Source of the DNA: a virus
DNA length: 64,000 nucleotides
Virus record (IMG/VR): IMGVR_UViG_3300012685_000001
Coordinates: 49,468-113,467 of that record
Direction: 5' to 3' (one strand)
Both the position numbers and the translations under genes were made by a program. The notes under the pieces are model-generated. The model was given only the letters and a program-made list of their open reading frames with translations, was not told the origin of the DNA and did no database searches. This document shows, piece after piece, positions 37,653 through 47,185 of this stretch; position 1 is the stretch's first letter; each line of letters starts with the position of its first letter.

Positions 37653-37917
37653 CTAGTACTCTTTCCCATGTTCGTAGTCCATTGTCGGTTTCCCGGATCT
37701 TTTGAATAAGTTCCTCATCGAATTCTACATCATAGAGATAAGGCTCACCATCAGGCCTAGAATAGACGGAGGGTGCTGGACCATCAGGCATTGAATCCCA
37801 ATAGTTCTTGACGAACTGATCCCTGTCAGCAGAAGTGAGATGAAGAGAATATCCATCCCAACTGGTTCCCCAGCCTCGCTCTGACTCAAGCCAATCCTGT
37901 ATTACAATTGTAGTCAT
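37645..37917 (-). CDS. hypothetical protein
   Basis: 'Q.W.ESERGWG...DGYSLH' pattern. Confidence 0.65.
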   Translation of the reverse strand: MTTIVIQDWLESERGWGTSWDGYSLHLTSADRDQFVKNYWDSMPDGPAPSVYSRPDGEPYLYDVEFDEELIQKIRETDNGLRTWERVLGE

Positions 37918-38017
37918 TTCTTTTTCTGTCCTTTGTTCCAGAAGTTCCAGCAGATCCTTGAACAGTACGGTCTCCACTCAAGGACTGCTGGCTTACCGCA
38001 TGCGCAAAGCAGTTGCA

Positions 38018-38266
38018 TTACTCGACATAATTCGTAAGAGTACTAGTCAAGAATTCAATCGGATCGTCATCTACAGAATAATATCTCCAGTTCGTATCCC
38101 CAGCACACTTGTAATTAATGTAAAAATGAATTGAACTTCCACTACAAGAACATCCGCCATGTTGCTCAACATACGCTTCATCAAGTTGTGCTGCTACAGC
38201 ATTAAGCTTACGTACGTCATTGGTGTACTTAAGTAGCGCCTTATTTATAATCTCCAGGTAGGTCAT
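38018..38266 (-). CDS. hypothetical protein
   Basis: Operon ORF. Confidence 0.6.
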   Translation of the reverse strand: MTYLEIINKALLKYTNDVRKLNAVAAQLDEAYVEQHGGCSCSGSSIHFYINYKCAGDTNWRYYSVDDDPIEFLTSTLTNYVE

Positions 38267-38442
38267 TTAGTATCCCAGGGCCTTTCGCATCTGAATAATC
38301 ATGTAAGTAAGTCCACCAATAACAGCAACCGGCAAAAGAATCCAGGTGAATACAAACTTGATCACTGTATAAGTGATCCACAGAATCATCATGATTCCGA
38401 AAATTGCCAGAAGAGTAAGAATAAGCTGCTTGAGTTCCTTGT

Positions 38443-38832
38443 TCATGCTAGTACACTCCAAATCCTGTCCGAAAGGCCAGCGGCCTTGGCCATATTGACT
38501 GTGTTCGTGGTGCCTTGGTTCTTGGCGCCCCGTAGGAAACAAGCTAGCACATAGTCAGGATTCAGGTCAACCATCTGCTGATTACGCAGGTTGTAGTAGT
38601 AACCAGTACGCTCCTTCGGTGGGTGAGGAACCACCTCCCAGTCTGCTCCAGAGGCCCATGAAGCGCCTATCAGATCTGCACCCCCAAAGGGGCAATCCCC
38701 ATGATGCAGCTCCCAAGGAGACCAGTGCCAGTCATTTTCATGTTCCTTCTCCATCTTTCGTAGTGCTTCCCAGATAATAGGTGCCTTCTGAATAGGAAAA
38801 TCCCTGGAACCAGTAATTACTACAATTGTCAT
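38443..38832 (-). CDS. SLOG-family (DUF2493/YspA-like) protein
   Basis: 'VITGSRD', 'HHGDCP.GGAD', 'RNQ.MV', 'GT..TV..A..AG'. Confidence 0.85.
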   Translation of the reverse strand: MTIVVITGSRDFPIQKAPIIWEALRKMEKEHENDWHWSPWELHHGDCPFGGADLIGASWASGADWEVVPHPPKERTGYYYNLRNQQMVDLNPDYVLACFLRGAKNQGTTNTVNMAKAAGLSDRIWSVLA

Positions 38833-38946
38833 TTTATCTCCTTGCAGATATCGCAGTACCATCTTCCGACACGATGAACAATAACACGCCTCAGTAACTT
38901 GTTGCAAGTACCACATCTAGGTGGTGCCATAATATCTCCTTAATAG

Positions 38947-38975
38947 AAAAGGCCCCAAATTACTTGGGGCCTTTT
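38947..38975. terminator. intrinsic terminator
   Basis: AAAAGGCCCCAA..TTGGGGCCTTTT. Confidence 0.75.
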
Positions 38976-39615
38976 CTTACTTCCTACCGTGCTTGTTCTT
39001 AGTAGTTTTGGGCTTCTCCAAATGAGAGAAGTTCTCTATAGCGTACCTACTTGGATTACCTATAGAAGAATCAAACTCTGTTCCCTTTTCCTCAGGAGTC
39101 AGCTTGTTCCAGGGCTTTCCAGTATAAGTACGTGAAGGCGTCTTTTCCATTCTCTTCTTTCTGTGCAAAGCCATTGTGTCCCCCTTGTTGTCGATAGGAA
39201 CTACTTTACGCTGTCTTCTGAGCCCATGCAATCTTGCCGTTGCCCTGAAGAATCATTACACGATTACCAGAACCGACCTTAGGACCATTCTTCTTACGCT
39301 TCTTCGGAGGACCGTTATGAGTACCACCAGAATAACGGCCACGGGTCTTGGGGCAGGCATACTTCCACTTGATCCAGGTAACAGCCATCAGATTGCCTCC
39401 AGAGTAATTGATGCCTTAGTAGCGAACAGTTCACGAGTAAGAATCTCAGTGACTATATAGGTATTTCCACTAGAATTTTCAGCATCAGTAACTGCATCCT
39501 CTTGTGCACCCTCTAGATTGTCATACCATTCATGCTGATCAGGAACACGGGAATTCTCTTCATGAACAGCATAGTAAGTCTCCTGCAAAGCCATTATCTC
39601 TCCTACCGTCGTAGA

Positions 39616-39972
39616 TTACCACCACATGTGAATTACGTACTTGCCTTCATCAACCACTCCCATGTTGCAGAGCCACTGTAGCATATGCTCCGCAGAAGGA
39701 ACACCTCCTGCACCTCCATAAGCAGTTTCGTCATAAAAATCTCCACCCAGAAGCCAGCGATCGAAATCCTGGTCAGTCTGGTCTTCTACTTCCATGCCGT
39801 AAACAAGGTCGGCTTCCTCATAACTGCCATTATGGTAACTGTCATAAGGATTGGATTCCAGGGCACGCCATTTTACATCATAGCCCTCTTCCAGCGCAAG
39901 AGCCACGAACTTATCAAGATTATGACAATCCACTACACGAGCATTCTCATATTTCAATTGCGGTTCACTCAT
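39616..39972 (-). CDS. hypothetical protein
   Basis: Operon ORF. Confidence 0.7.
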   Translation of the reverse strand: MSEPQLKYENARVVDCHNLDKFVALALEEGYDVKWRALESNPYDSYHNGSYEEADLVYGMEVEDQTDQDFDRWLLGGDFYDETAYGGAGGVPSAEHMLQWLCNMGVVDEGKYVIHMWW

Positions 39973-40312
39973 TGATTTTCAAATCTCCAACTTCATCGAT
40001 ATTAAGTCGCTTGTCAAGTCTTTCTGACAGCAAATTACCGAATTCAGCTAGTGCAACTTCAATAACATCATCAAGAATATATTCTGGGGGCTGACAGTCA
40101 ATCTTGTGAGTAGCGTATATCTCACGTCCGAAGAAGGCAACCACTATGTGACCACCACCTAGAATATAATCGTCTACCCATTGAGCCTGAAAAGGCTCAA
40201 TAGTCATTATCGCCTTCATCGAACAGCCCCACCAGCAGCATGGTTGTTGTCATCCGCGTCATCCTTACGCTTCTGCTCAGCAGTCTTCTTGTCGTCAGCC
40301 ATTGTGTATCTC

Positions 40313-41017
40313 CTATTCAAAAGGTTGGAAGGGAAAATCCTGGTATGTAGCAGGAGCTATCTTACGCAGTTCTTCTAGTAGAAGCTCAGCAAGTTCACAA
40401 ATCTCAGCATCAGCATGCACAGAGTACCGCTTCTTCAGCATATCCCTGAAGGCACGATGATTTCCACTCAGAACGATACGCGTTTCCATACCGCTTGGCA
40501 AGTAGCTACGAGCAGCCTCACGAGCCTGCTTACGTGTCTTACCAAAATCTAGTAGGCGCTGTACTGCTGACTTATAACGATTGAGGGATGTCGAGTCATT
40601 CTTGATGCTGAAGGATTCTATGCCTTCTTCGCGCATCGCAGGAGGAACGATAAAGTTTGCTTCCTCCATGTTGACGAAACGCTGTGACAGCTCACTGTAA
40701 CTCAGGTGCCTGTGACGGATCAACTCATGCGTCAGATTACGGCTCACACCTTCAATGTAGAAGGTAACGCTAGCGTGCTCAAGAACTGAAAAATGCCCCT
40801 GATTGATAATGTTATTTATGTAGCCCTGATTGGTCCTGGTAGCCTCATTTGGCATATTCCAGGCCTGGTAACAGGAACGCCCTGCAAAATGTGCCAACGT
40901 ATCAGCATCATTGAGCAGGGCCTCTCTGTCACCATAGAAGAACTCTTCAAACGCTGTCCCCATTACCGATTCGGAAATAGTAGACATATTTGTCTGAGCA
41001 ATTACGGTGATTTTCAA
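40313..41017 (-). CDS. thyX: flavin-dependent thymidylate synthase
   Basis: 'HFSVLEH', 'SR..THELIRHRHLSYSELSQRF', 'AREAARS.LP', 'HADAEI'. Confidence 0.96.
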   Translation of the reverse strand: MKITVIAQTNMSTISESVMGTAFEEFFYGDREALLNDADTLAHFAGRSCYQAWNMPNEATRTNQGYINNIINQGHFSVLEHASVTFYIEGVSRNLTHELIRHRHLSYSELSQRFVNMEEANFIVPPAMREEGIESFSIKNDSTSLNRYKSAVQRLLDFGKTRKQAREAARSYLPSGMETRIVLSGNHRAFRDMLKKRYSVHADAEICELAELLLEELRKIAPATYQDFPFQPFE

Positions 41018-41392
41018 TTAAAACTCATCTTCCTTAATATTCTCAATAGCCTTGGTGTATGCTTCACCCCAGGTCATATAGTCATCCTGGTTCATCTGAA
41101 TATCGGACAGTAGTTTAAGAGCTTCAGAAGTAACAGTCACCAACTTATTAAACTCGGGATGTGCAAGTAGATCGTCCACACCATTGCCCTCATATGGCGC
41201 GAAAACATCAATAGGAACACCCTTACTTACCAGATAACAGCCGATAAGACAATCAGGCTCACCGTTATAGATATACGTACATGTAAAGGGCATTTCACTA
41301 TCAGAATGAATTGAGTAAACAAAGTCTTCACCGCGAGTTGCGATAATAGCGGGAAGTTCGGCTACAACATCCTCATACGTAATATGAGTCAT
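41018..41392 (-). CDS. hypothetical, paralog family A
   Basis: 'RGEDFVY..CTY..GEPDCLIG..QD..MTWGEA'. Confidence 0.75.
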   Translation of the reverse strand: MTHITYEDVVAELPAIIATRGEDFVYSIHSDSEMPFTCTYIYNGEPDCLIGCYLVSKGVPIDVFAPYEGNGVDDLLAHPEFNKLVTVTSEALKLLSDIQMNQDDYMTWGEAYTKAIENIKEDEF

Positions 41393-41567
41393 TTAACTCT
41401 CCTATAACTTTTTGACAACTGATTATAAGTTACCGGAATAGTACCCGATGCGGCTATATCCTGCAAGAACACTTTCTTCTTGACAATATCCACAGCCATC
41501 ACTTCATAAATAACATCTTTGATCTGCTTGTGCTTATATCTGTCTCCTGGTGAAACCATTTCCCCTC

Positions 41568-42035
41568 TTATGCTGAATATTTATCGGCCCGATTCTCCGT
41601 ATCTCTTCTGGAAATACGGCGGGAAAGTTCTCTGGATACTACCTTCCCAGCAGCCTCCAGGTGGTTATATTCACTTTTTGAAAGCTTCGTCACCGCATAA
41701 GCATATTCAACAGTATCTTCTGCGTCAAGGTAGTCTTTTTCCTGTTGAACCATGGCTTTTGTGGCGGCCACAGTCTTTTCCTTCTTGTGAATGATGCTAT
41801 AACGGTCCGAAACTCTTTGCAAACTTCTTTCGGCCCTACGTTCATTAATCTCATTCAGTGCTACCTGATAGCCAGCGTAACCAGTCCAGTTGGTAAAGTC
41901 AACCAGAAGATCCATCAACTGGTCATCATGAAGGTCTGACAATCCTGGTGGTAACAGTGGCTGCTCTTCTGACGGTTTTTCTTTCAGAGTCGTTGTCGTT
42001 AACCAACCGCTCTGAATCGGACTTCTCTTCGCCAT
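41568..42035 (-). CDS. helical protein, possibly UvsY-like recombination mediator
   Basis: Coiled coil ending 'VSRELSRR'; recombination-gene context. Confidence 0.45.
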   Translation of the reverse strand: MAKRSPIQSGWLTTTTLKEKPSEEQPLLPPGLSDLHDDQLMDLLVDFTNWTGYAGYQVALNEINERRAERSLQRVSDRYSIIHKKEKTVAATKAMVQQEKDYLDAEDTVEYAYAVTKLSKSEYNHLEAAGKVVSRELSRRISRRDTENRADKYSA

Positions 42036-42936
42036 ACTTCTCGCAATCCTTACACGTAGTGCCAGCAACACATTCGGGGAGAGACATTGTATTCTTTAGG
42101 GCTCCTGCAATGAAATAGCATTTAGTTATTACGTCATCACAATAGTTAGGATCGTATTTGACTACGAATTCCTTTACACCCTGATTGAATTTAGCCTCGT
42201 AAATAAAGATGATTTTGTCGAATGGAAGACCCATACTTTCACAGAGTCTCAAATACAACTGACCTTGTCTCATATGAGAAGGAAACGGTCCCTTAATATC
42301 CTTCCACAAATTCTGGAAATCAATGAAAGTACCATTCGAGTTCTTCGCATAAATCTCGGGTGCTTCTATTCTAACCGTACCCGCACCGACGGACTTTATC
42401 TCAATAAGGGCATTAAGGTGAGGTACTGCTCCATCAGCGTGACCAGCAATAAGATACTCTCTTGCTCTCAAAGGTACTTCGCGGTATATAAGGAACTTAG
42501 GATTACACCCATTCCTGGAACCACATACTGTAGGAGGCAGAGAATCCCTGACAATATTTCTGCACTGCTGACATTCCCAATTACCCCATAGTTTCCCCAT
42601 GGCTGTCAAGCGCTTCTGCCACTTGTCGTGAATATAGTGACCTTCATCAAAGATGTTGAGAAGCTGCACACCTACGCTCTCAGGAGGCTTGAGAAAGGGG
42701 TCACCTGCCTCTCTACAGGCCTTAATCCGATGGTAGGTGGCTCGGGGACACCAGCTCTCTTTGGCAGTCTCAGACGGATGAATAATGTCCTGCCTACGAG
42801 TAGAAGGCTTGGAATGTTCCTTTATCATATGTGCCTGAATGTCTCCCAGAAGAATAGTTCCTTTGGAAGCATTCATATAATTGGCCATGGAACCAGTTAA
42901 CTTAGGTCCCCAGCCTTTTCCTGTGATTGTTGCCAA
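41926..42936 (-). CDS. Cas4-like PD-(D/E)XK exonuclease
   Basis: 'IHPSE..WCPR', 'G..IH', 'GHADG', 'IEIKS', 'Q.QLY', C-terminal C..C..C. Confidence 0.85.
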   Translation of the reverse strand: MATITGKGWGPKLTGSMANYMNASKGTILLGDIQAHMIKEHSKPSTRRQDIIHPSETAKESWCPRATYHRIKACREAGDPFLKPPESVGVQLLNIFDEGHYIHDKWQKRLTAMGKLWGNWECQQCRNIVRDSLPPTVCGSRNGCNPKFLIYREVPLRAREYLIAGHADGAVPHLNALIEIKSVGAGTVRIEAPEIYAKNSNGTFIDFQNLWKDIKGPFPSHMRQGQLYLRLCESMGLPFDKIIFIYEAKFNQGVKEFVVKYDPNYCDDVITKCYFIAGALKNTMSLPECVAGTTCKDCEKYGEEKSDSERLVNDNDSERKTVRRAATVTTRIVRPS

Positions 42937-43238
42937 GTTCTTCTTTCCTTCCGTAGTTTTGTACGCTCATCTGGTGTAGTACCTCCCCAGACTCCCCAGC
43001 GTTCGTTATTGACGAGGGCAAATTCCAGACAGCTACTCAATAACGGGCAGGGTCTTCCATCATATGTACCATTGCAGACGGCTTTGGCTTCCTCCGTATG
43101 ATCTGACAATTCTTCTTCCTCGGAATCTTCAAACCATGGATCATAATCAGAAGTAGCCGGAAACATTGCACATTTAGCTGTTCTGTCTCTGTCTTCATGA
43201 AACCATTGCGGAGCTATGCTACGTAGTTTCATTACCAA
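42897..43238 (-). CDS. whiB: WhiB-family Fe-S transcription factor
   Basis: C..AKAVC..CP....CLEFAL..NERWGVWGGTTPDER. Confidence 0.93.
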   Translation of the reverse strand: MVMKLRSIAPQWFHEDRDRTAKCAMFPATSDYDPWFEDSEEEELSDHTEEAKAVCNGTYDGRPCPLLSSCLEFALVNNERWGVWGGTTPDERTKLRKERRTWQQSQEKAGDLS

Positions 43239-43548
43239 TAGACGCTTCTTCCCTTAAAGTGAGATAATCCTCTTTCGAAAGAATTACCCACGAATTGCCA
43301 GTAGATTTGAACTCTACCATAAAGACCGGAATTCGTCCATCTATAAGAGCTTGGTCAGAAAGCTTCTCAAGTTCCGTATCCTTGAGAGCATAAGATTTCT
43401 TATCAGTGATCTTGAGTTCAAACAATTCCTTCTCCGTTCTTACATCTGCTTTACGCAGCCAGCCGTTACCTGAACCAGAATTAAGAGAGCCTCCAACCAT
43501 ATGGCTGAAGGCTCTCTCCTGTTTCTGGCTGTCTTTAAGATCAGCCAT
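43219..43548 (-). CDS. Hjc-like PD-(D/E)XK resolvase
   Basis: 'QE......GG...GSG.....DV.....FELK.T..KSY.L'. Confidence 0.75.
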   Translation of the reverse strand: MADLKDSQKQERAFSHMVGGSLNSGSGNGWLRKADVRTEKELFELKITDKKSYALKDTELEKLSDQALIDGRIPVFMVEFKSTGNSWVILSKEDYLTLREEASIGNETT

Positions 43549-43550
43549 TT

Positions 43551-43658
43551 TTATTTTCTTTCTTTGTTCTTCTTTGGATATGAACAATTAGGCATATGCT
43601 GAGCCAGTTCAGTATCAGTCTTGAACGGCTTGTCACACATAGGACAGGTTGCTGCCAT
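43551..43658 (-). CDS. 35-aa zinc-finger microprotein
   Basis: MAATCPMCDKPFKTDTELAQHMPNCSYPKKNKERK; start overlaps upstream stop. Confidence 0.65.
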   Translation of the reverse strand: MAATCPMCDKPFKTDTELAQHMPNCSYPKKNKERK

Positions 43659-43933
43659 TACTTCTCCATAACTGGCTTTCCCATGACCAGACGAACAGTG
43701 TCACGAACAAGACCAACCAGGAAAGCAAGGAAGCCAGTGCACGGCCAGAAAGTAGGCCAGAGGGCACGATAGAAGGTACAGAGAGCCATTCCTAGATCCT
43801 TACCGTACTTCTCACGGTACTGCTCAAGGCTCTTGCCGTTGTCCAGTACATCGTGAAGGACAGTGAAGAATCCAATCACATATGCAATACCACCCAGAAT
43901 ATACATGAGGGTCCTGAAATTATCCCAGTTCAC
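43658..43933 (-). CDS. membrane protein
   Basis: Two TM segments. Confidence 0.7.
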   Translation of the reverse strand: MNWDNFRTLMYILGGIAYVIGFFTVLHDVLDNGKSLEQYREKYGKDLGMALCTFYRALWPTFWPCTGFLAFLVGLVRDTVRLVMGKPVMEK

Positions 43934-44064
43934 TTAGTGTCTACCCACTTCTTTATTGAAGGATTGAACGTCTGTACCCTACCACATTGCGAATTGCTGC
44001 ACTTACGTACATGTCCATTAGCCTGAAAGTTATGGCCAGCGGGATTAGTACATGTCTGACTCAC
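43930..44064 (-). CDS. 44-aa Cys/His microprotein
   Basis: MSQTCTNPAGHNF..RKCSNSQCGRVQTFNPSIKKWVDTK; GTGA overlaps at both ends. Confidence 0.6.
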   Translation of the reverse strand: MSQTCTNPAGHNFQANGHVRKCSNSQCGRVQTFNPSIKKWVDTK

Positions 44065-44217
44065 TTCTGAATCACATCCCAACTGCGAGTAATTGAGTTG
44101 TACTTAGTAATCCTAGAACAACGTATACAAGACATCTTATCCTTCACTGCCTCATATACATGCCCTCTCAGGCTTCCAGGACAATCCAAGAGCATTGCCC
44201 TGCTTCCCACCTTTTTG

Positions 44218-44496
44218 TCAGCCATTTGCAGCCCTAATAATACCTTCAACAATGTCTCTGTCAAGCTCCTGAATAACTTCAGTCAATTCATTAAAAGGAA
44301 CGATGTTCCTATGCGCAGGAGCATTACGGTTTCTCCAGATTGCCCAGGCATTGTGAACATCTTCGAGAGTAGTATCTGAACCTTTGACAAAGTAGAGAAG
44401 AGTATAAAGATCAATTAGTTCAGGCGGCAGCCATGAAAGTTCCCTTTCCATATTCCTGATTGCTGCTTGAATATACGTCAAGATTTTATCTCCCAC
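44218..44496 (-). CDS. hypothetical phage protein
   Basis: 'LY.LL...KG..TTLEDVHNAW..W.....H..IVPF.EL..LD'. Confidence 0.7.
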   Translation of the reverse strand: MGDKILTYIQAAIRNMERELSWLPPELIDLYTLLYFVKGSDTTLEDVHNAWAIWRNRNAPAHRNIVPFNELTEVIQELDRDIVEGIIRAANG

Positions 44497-45104
44497 TTAT
44501 GAATATCATCGTTTTCCAGAAGGACCTTGGAACTCGTGCGTTGCTCTCGTAGGTACACTATCATTCCTTCAGCAGCACGTCCACCAGGAACAGCCTTCGA
44601 ACCCTGAGTGTACAGCTCCTCCCGTAGCTCCTGGACATTGAAGTTGTAGTAGTCACCCATGTAAAGGATGGGAACAGTGTACAGGTTCGAGATTTCAGAA
44701 CGAGCTTCAGTAGGATGCAGAGTCTCAATCCAGCGAGGCGCATTGAAGAGACTGAAACGCTTCTCCGTCAAACCATAACCTCGCTGAATACCTGAACCCC
44801 ACCACTCGCCGTAGTGGTCACCCACACCCAGAATCTTAACGAGCTGAGTAGCATTGTCATACACCCAGCGAGCGAATCCGAAGTTGTCCTTTTCCTTTAC
44901 AGGCTGAAGGAATCGCTTACGTGACTGCGCCCAGATCGTGTACTGTACTCCGTCGATTGAGACCGTGTCAACCTGATCGGAACGGTCATCGTCAATATTG
45001 AACAGACGAATACGAACCGCAGAATTGGTGCCGTCAATCTTCTCAGTTACAACTACCCTCTCCTTGGAAAGGCGAGGAATAGAAGGCCAGGCTTGAAATT
45101 CCAT
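44478..45104 (-). CDS. RNA ligase (Rnl2-family adenylation domain)
   Basis: Motif I 'TEKIDGTNS', 'QSR', 'DNFGFA.WV', 'GEWWG.GIQ', 'EGMIV', C-terminal K. Confidence 0.88.
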   Translation of the reverse strand: MEFQAWPSIPRLSKERVVVTEKIDGTNSAVRIRLFNIDDDRSDQVDTVSIDGVQYTIWAQSRKRFLQPVKEKDNFGFARWVYDNATQLVKILGVGDHYGEWWGSGIQRGYGLTEKRFSLFNAPRWIETLHPTEARSEISNLYTVPILYMGDYYNFNVQELREELYTQGSKAVPGGRAAEGMIVYLREQRTSSKVLLENDDIHKWEIKS

Positions 45105-45319
45105 TAAAGGTTGATCTCCTCGTCAGTAAACGTAGTAATATCGGAACCCCAGCGCAGCTCATGACCCATGCCGTACATGTTCAGGTCGTGCAGAACTCCT
45201 GCAAAAGTCTGAAGACTCAGATTTCCCTCTGCTGACAGATGAGCTGCTGCATCTCGGATGTACTTGAGGTCATCGTCGTCAAGAGCCAGTCCGTCAAGGT
45301 TCAGTGCCATGATTTCTCC

Positions 45320-45703
45320 TTAGATATAAGGGGCGAGAACTTCTGTAAGGTCCACCGTAGCACCGTAGGTAGAGGGGATCAAGACCCCCTTGGTAATACG
45401 GTTCGCCATGTTCGTAACCTTTTCGATGATGGTATAACTGAACCCGCCAGGATGCAACTCATCGTTGTCAGTACATGGCAGGGTCAGACTGAAGGTACCT
45501 GGACCACTGCTGTTCGGGGTACCTCCTTGTGTCCCTGGTAGTACAGCAGTGAAGGGAGGCACTGTCAAGAATTGGTGATCTGTCTCATCAGACAGGGAGG
45601 GAAGATTGGCAATGAATTGCACAGATCCATTCTCCCCTGCTCCGCTGATGAAATTGATGTACTTACCTGTGACAATTATTGTCTTGGCACCTGTAATAGC
45701 CAT
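45320..45703 (-). CDS. hypothetical protein resembling actinophage tail-protein N-terminal domain
   Basis: 'VTG.Y....G....G.V.F..FS.TLP.TD...L.P.G..Y.I.E'. Confidence 0.5.
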   Translation of the reverse strand: MAITGAKTIIVTGKYINFISGAGENGSVQFIANLPSLSDETDHQFLTVPPFTAVLPGTQGGTPNSSGPGTFSLTLPCTDNDELHPGGFSYTIIEKVTNMANRITKGVLIPSTYGATVDLTEVLAPYI

Positions 45704-45706
45704 AGA

Positions 45707-46759
45707 TTATTCCTTATTCGTAGCAATTTCTAGAGTCTTTGCAGAGATCTCGTCTCTAAGGTCTAGATTACTACGAATAGCTTCAACCATCGGATCACGT
45801 CCGAGCCACTGCATAGCATCAGCACTGTCAGACTCGTACTTGAAGTAAGGACCAGCGCGCTTGATGACCTTGAACAATACAGCCATCGTCACAAGATCCT
45901 TGATGAGATCGAACTGTCCTGCCTTGAATCCCTTTTCGGAATCAGTGAAGTAGAAATCTCCCATGGCTACAGACTTAGGCATAGCAGCCTTGTTCTTCTC
46001 CATCAAATACTTATTGGTCTGACCGACCTTTATCTTTCCCTGACCATCTACCTTCTCTTCGATCCATTCATCTCTGGATACAAGAATTCTCTGATAGAAA
46101 GCATAATTCTTTGCCTTTCCACCAGGAGTAGTAGTAGGTGTTCCATAAGGAGAGAAAGAACCAACAGCATCACGTAACTGATTGACAAAGATTCCTAAGT
46201 AAGGGCGCTCGTCAGTGAATGTTCCGCCGATCTTACGGAAGAACTGTCCTGTACGTCTGGCACCAAGAGTCATTGTATTCTGATCCATGTTCTTCTCATC
46301 CTCCTCAGAGGCAGTAAGAGCAGGATAACTGTCAATGACAATGTAATCGAATTCATGAGATTTAGCGGCATCAAGAGCCATCTGATAAGCCAGTTCCATA
46401 TTATTGGTAGGCATGACAACTACACGAGAATTATCCACACCATTCTTTTCAGCCCACTCGGCATCGTAATACTCAGAGGCAACCCAGAACACCATGAAAT
46501 CAGGATCAAGTAACTGATTTGCTGCAATAGATCTCAGGATAATAGAAGTCTTTCCATTACTCTCCTTACCATAAACCTCGATCCATTGATTACCTGGGAA
46601 TCCTCCACCTGTTATTACATTCAGAGATGACAGACCAGTAGTGAATTTCTTTGTCACCCCTACACTGGCTGCGGTAAAGAGAAGAGGCTTTCCGTCCTTT
46701 GCTAATTGCTTGTTCATTCGTGCAATAAATACATCAACGTCTGACAAAATATCTCCCAT
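45707..46759 (-). CDS. recA: RecA-like recombinase
   Basis: 'TG...L....GGG.P....EVYGKESNGKT', 'IVIDS', 'FVNQLR', 'TPGG.A..Y'. Confidence 0.93.
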   Translation of the reverse strand: MGDILSDVDVFIARMNKQLAKDGKPLLFTAASVGVTKKFTTGLSSLNVITGGGFPGNQWIEVYGKESNGKTSIILRSIAANQLLDPDFMVFWVASEYYDAEWAEKNGVDNSRVVVMPTNNMELAYQMALDAAKSHEFDYIVIDSYPALTASEEDEKNMDQNTMTLGARRTGQFFRKIGGTFTDERPYLGIFVNQLRDAVGSFSPYGTPTTTPGGKAKNYAFYQRILVSRDEWIEEKVDGQGKIKVGQTNKYLMEKNKAAMPKSVAMGDFYFTDSEKGFKAGQFDLIKDLVTMAVLFKVIKRAGPYFKYESDSADAMQWLGRDPMVEAIRSNLDLRDEISAKTLEIATNKE

Positions 46760-46817
46760 ATAAATAGCGTAAGGGCTGGTAGAAACTTACTCTACCAGCC
46801 CTATACGACATTGTCTA

Positions 46818-47135
46818 CTAGAACGTGCGCTTGAAAGATTTTATATTGTGCTTATGCACAGTACCTTTAGCGTGCCCAAAATCTGAAGACAAATCTCCCT
46901 CAGGATGTCTACGCTGCTTACGATTCCAGGCATCGAACGGATTATTTTCATTCAGCCATTCGTGAGCAGCGAAAAGAAATATAGCATTACCCATATGTGT
47001 AAACATATATCTCCTAATAATCCATGTGCAGTACAAGCCAATTAAAAAATATCTCGGTGTCGCCAGTAGCCATAAGGTATTGAAACATATGCAGCACCAG
47101 AATAAGTTCCTGATAACTGGCATAGAAATTATCAT
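46818..47135 (-). CDS. hypothetical protein
   Basis: ORF between nrdJ and recA; start uncertain. Confidence 0.4.
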   Translation of the reverse strand: MIISMPVIRNLFWCCICFNTLWLLATPRYFLIGLYCTWIIRRYMFTHMGNAIFLFAAHEWLNENNPFDAWNRKQRRHPEGDLSSDFGHAKGTVHKHNIKSFKRTF

Positions 47136-47185
47136 TCAAGTCCGAAAGATGAAGTTTTAGAGCTTCTAGCCTTACATCTCCTTAA

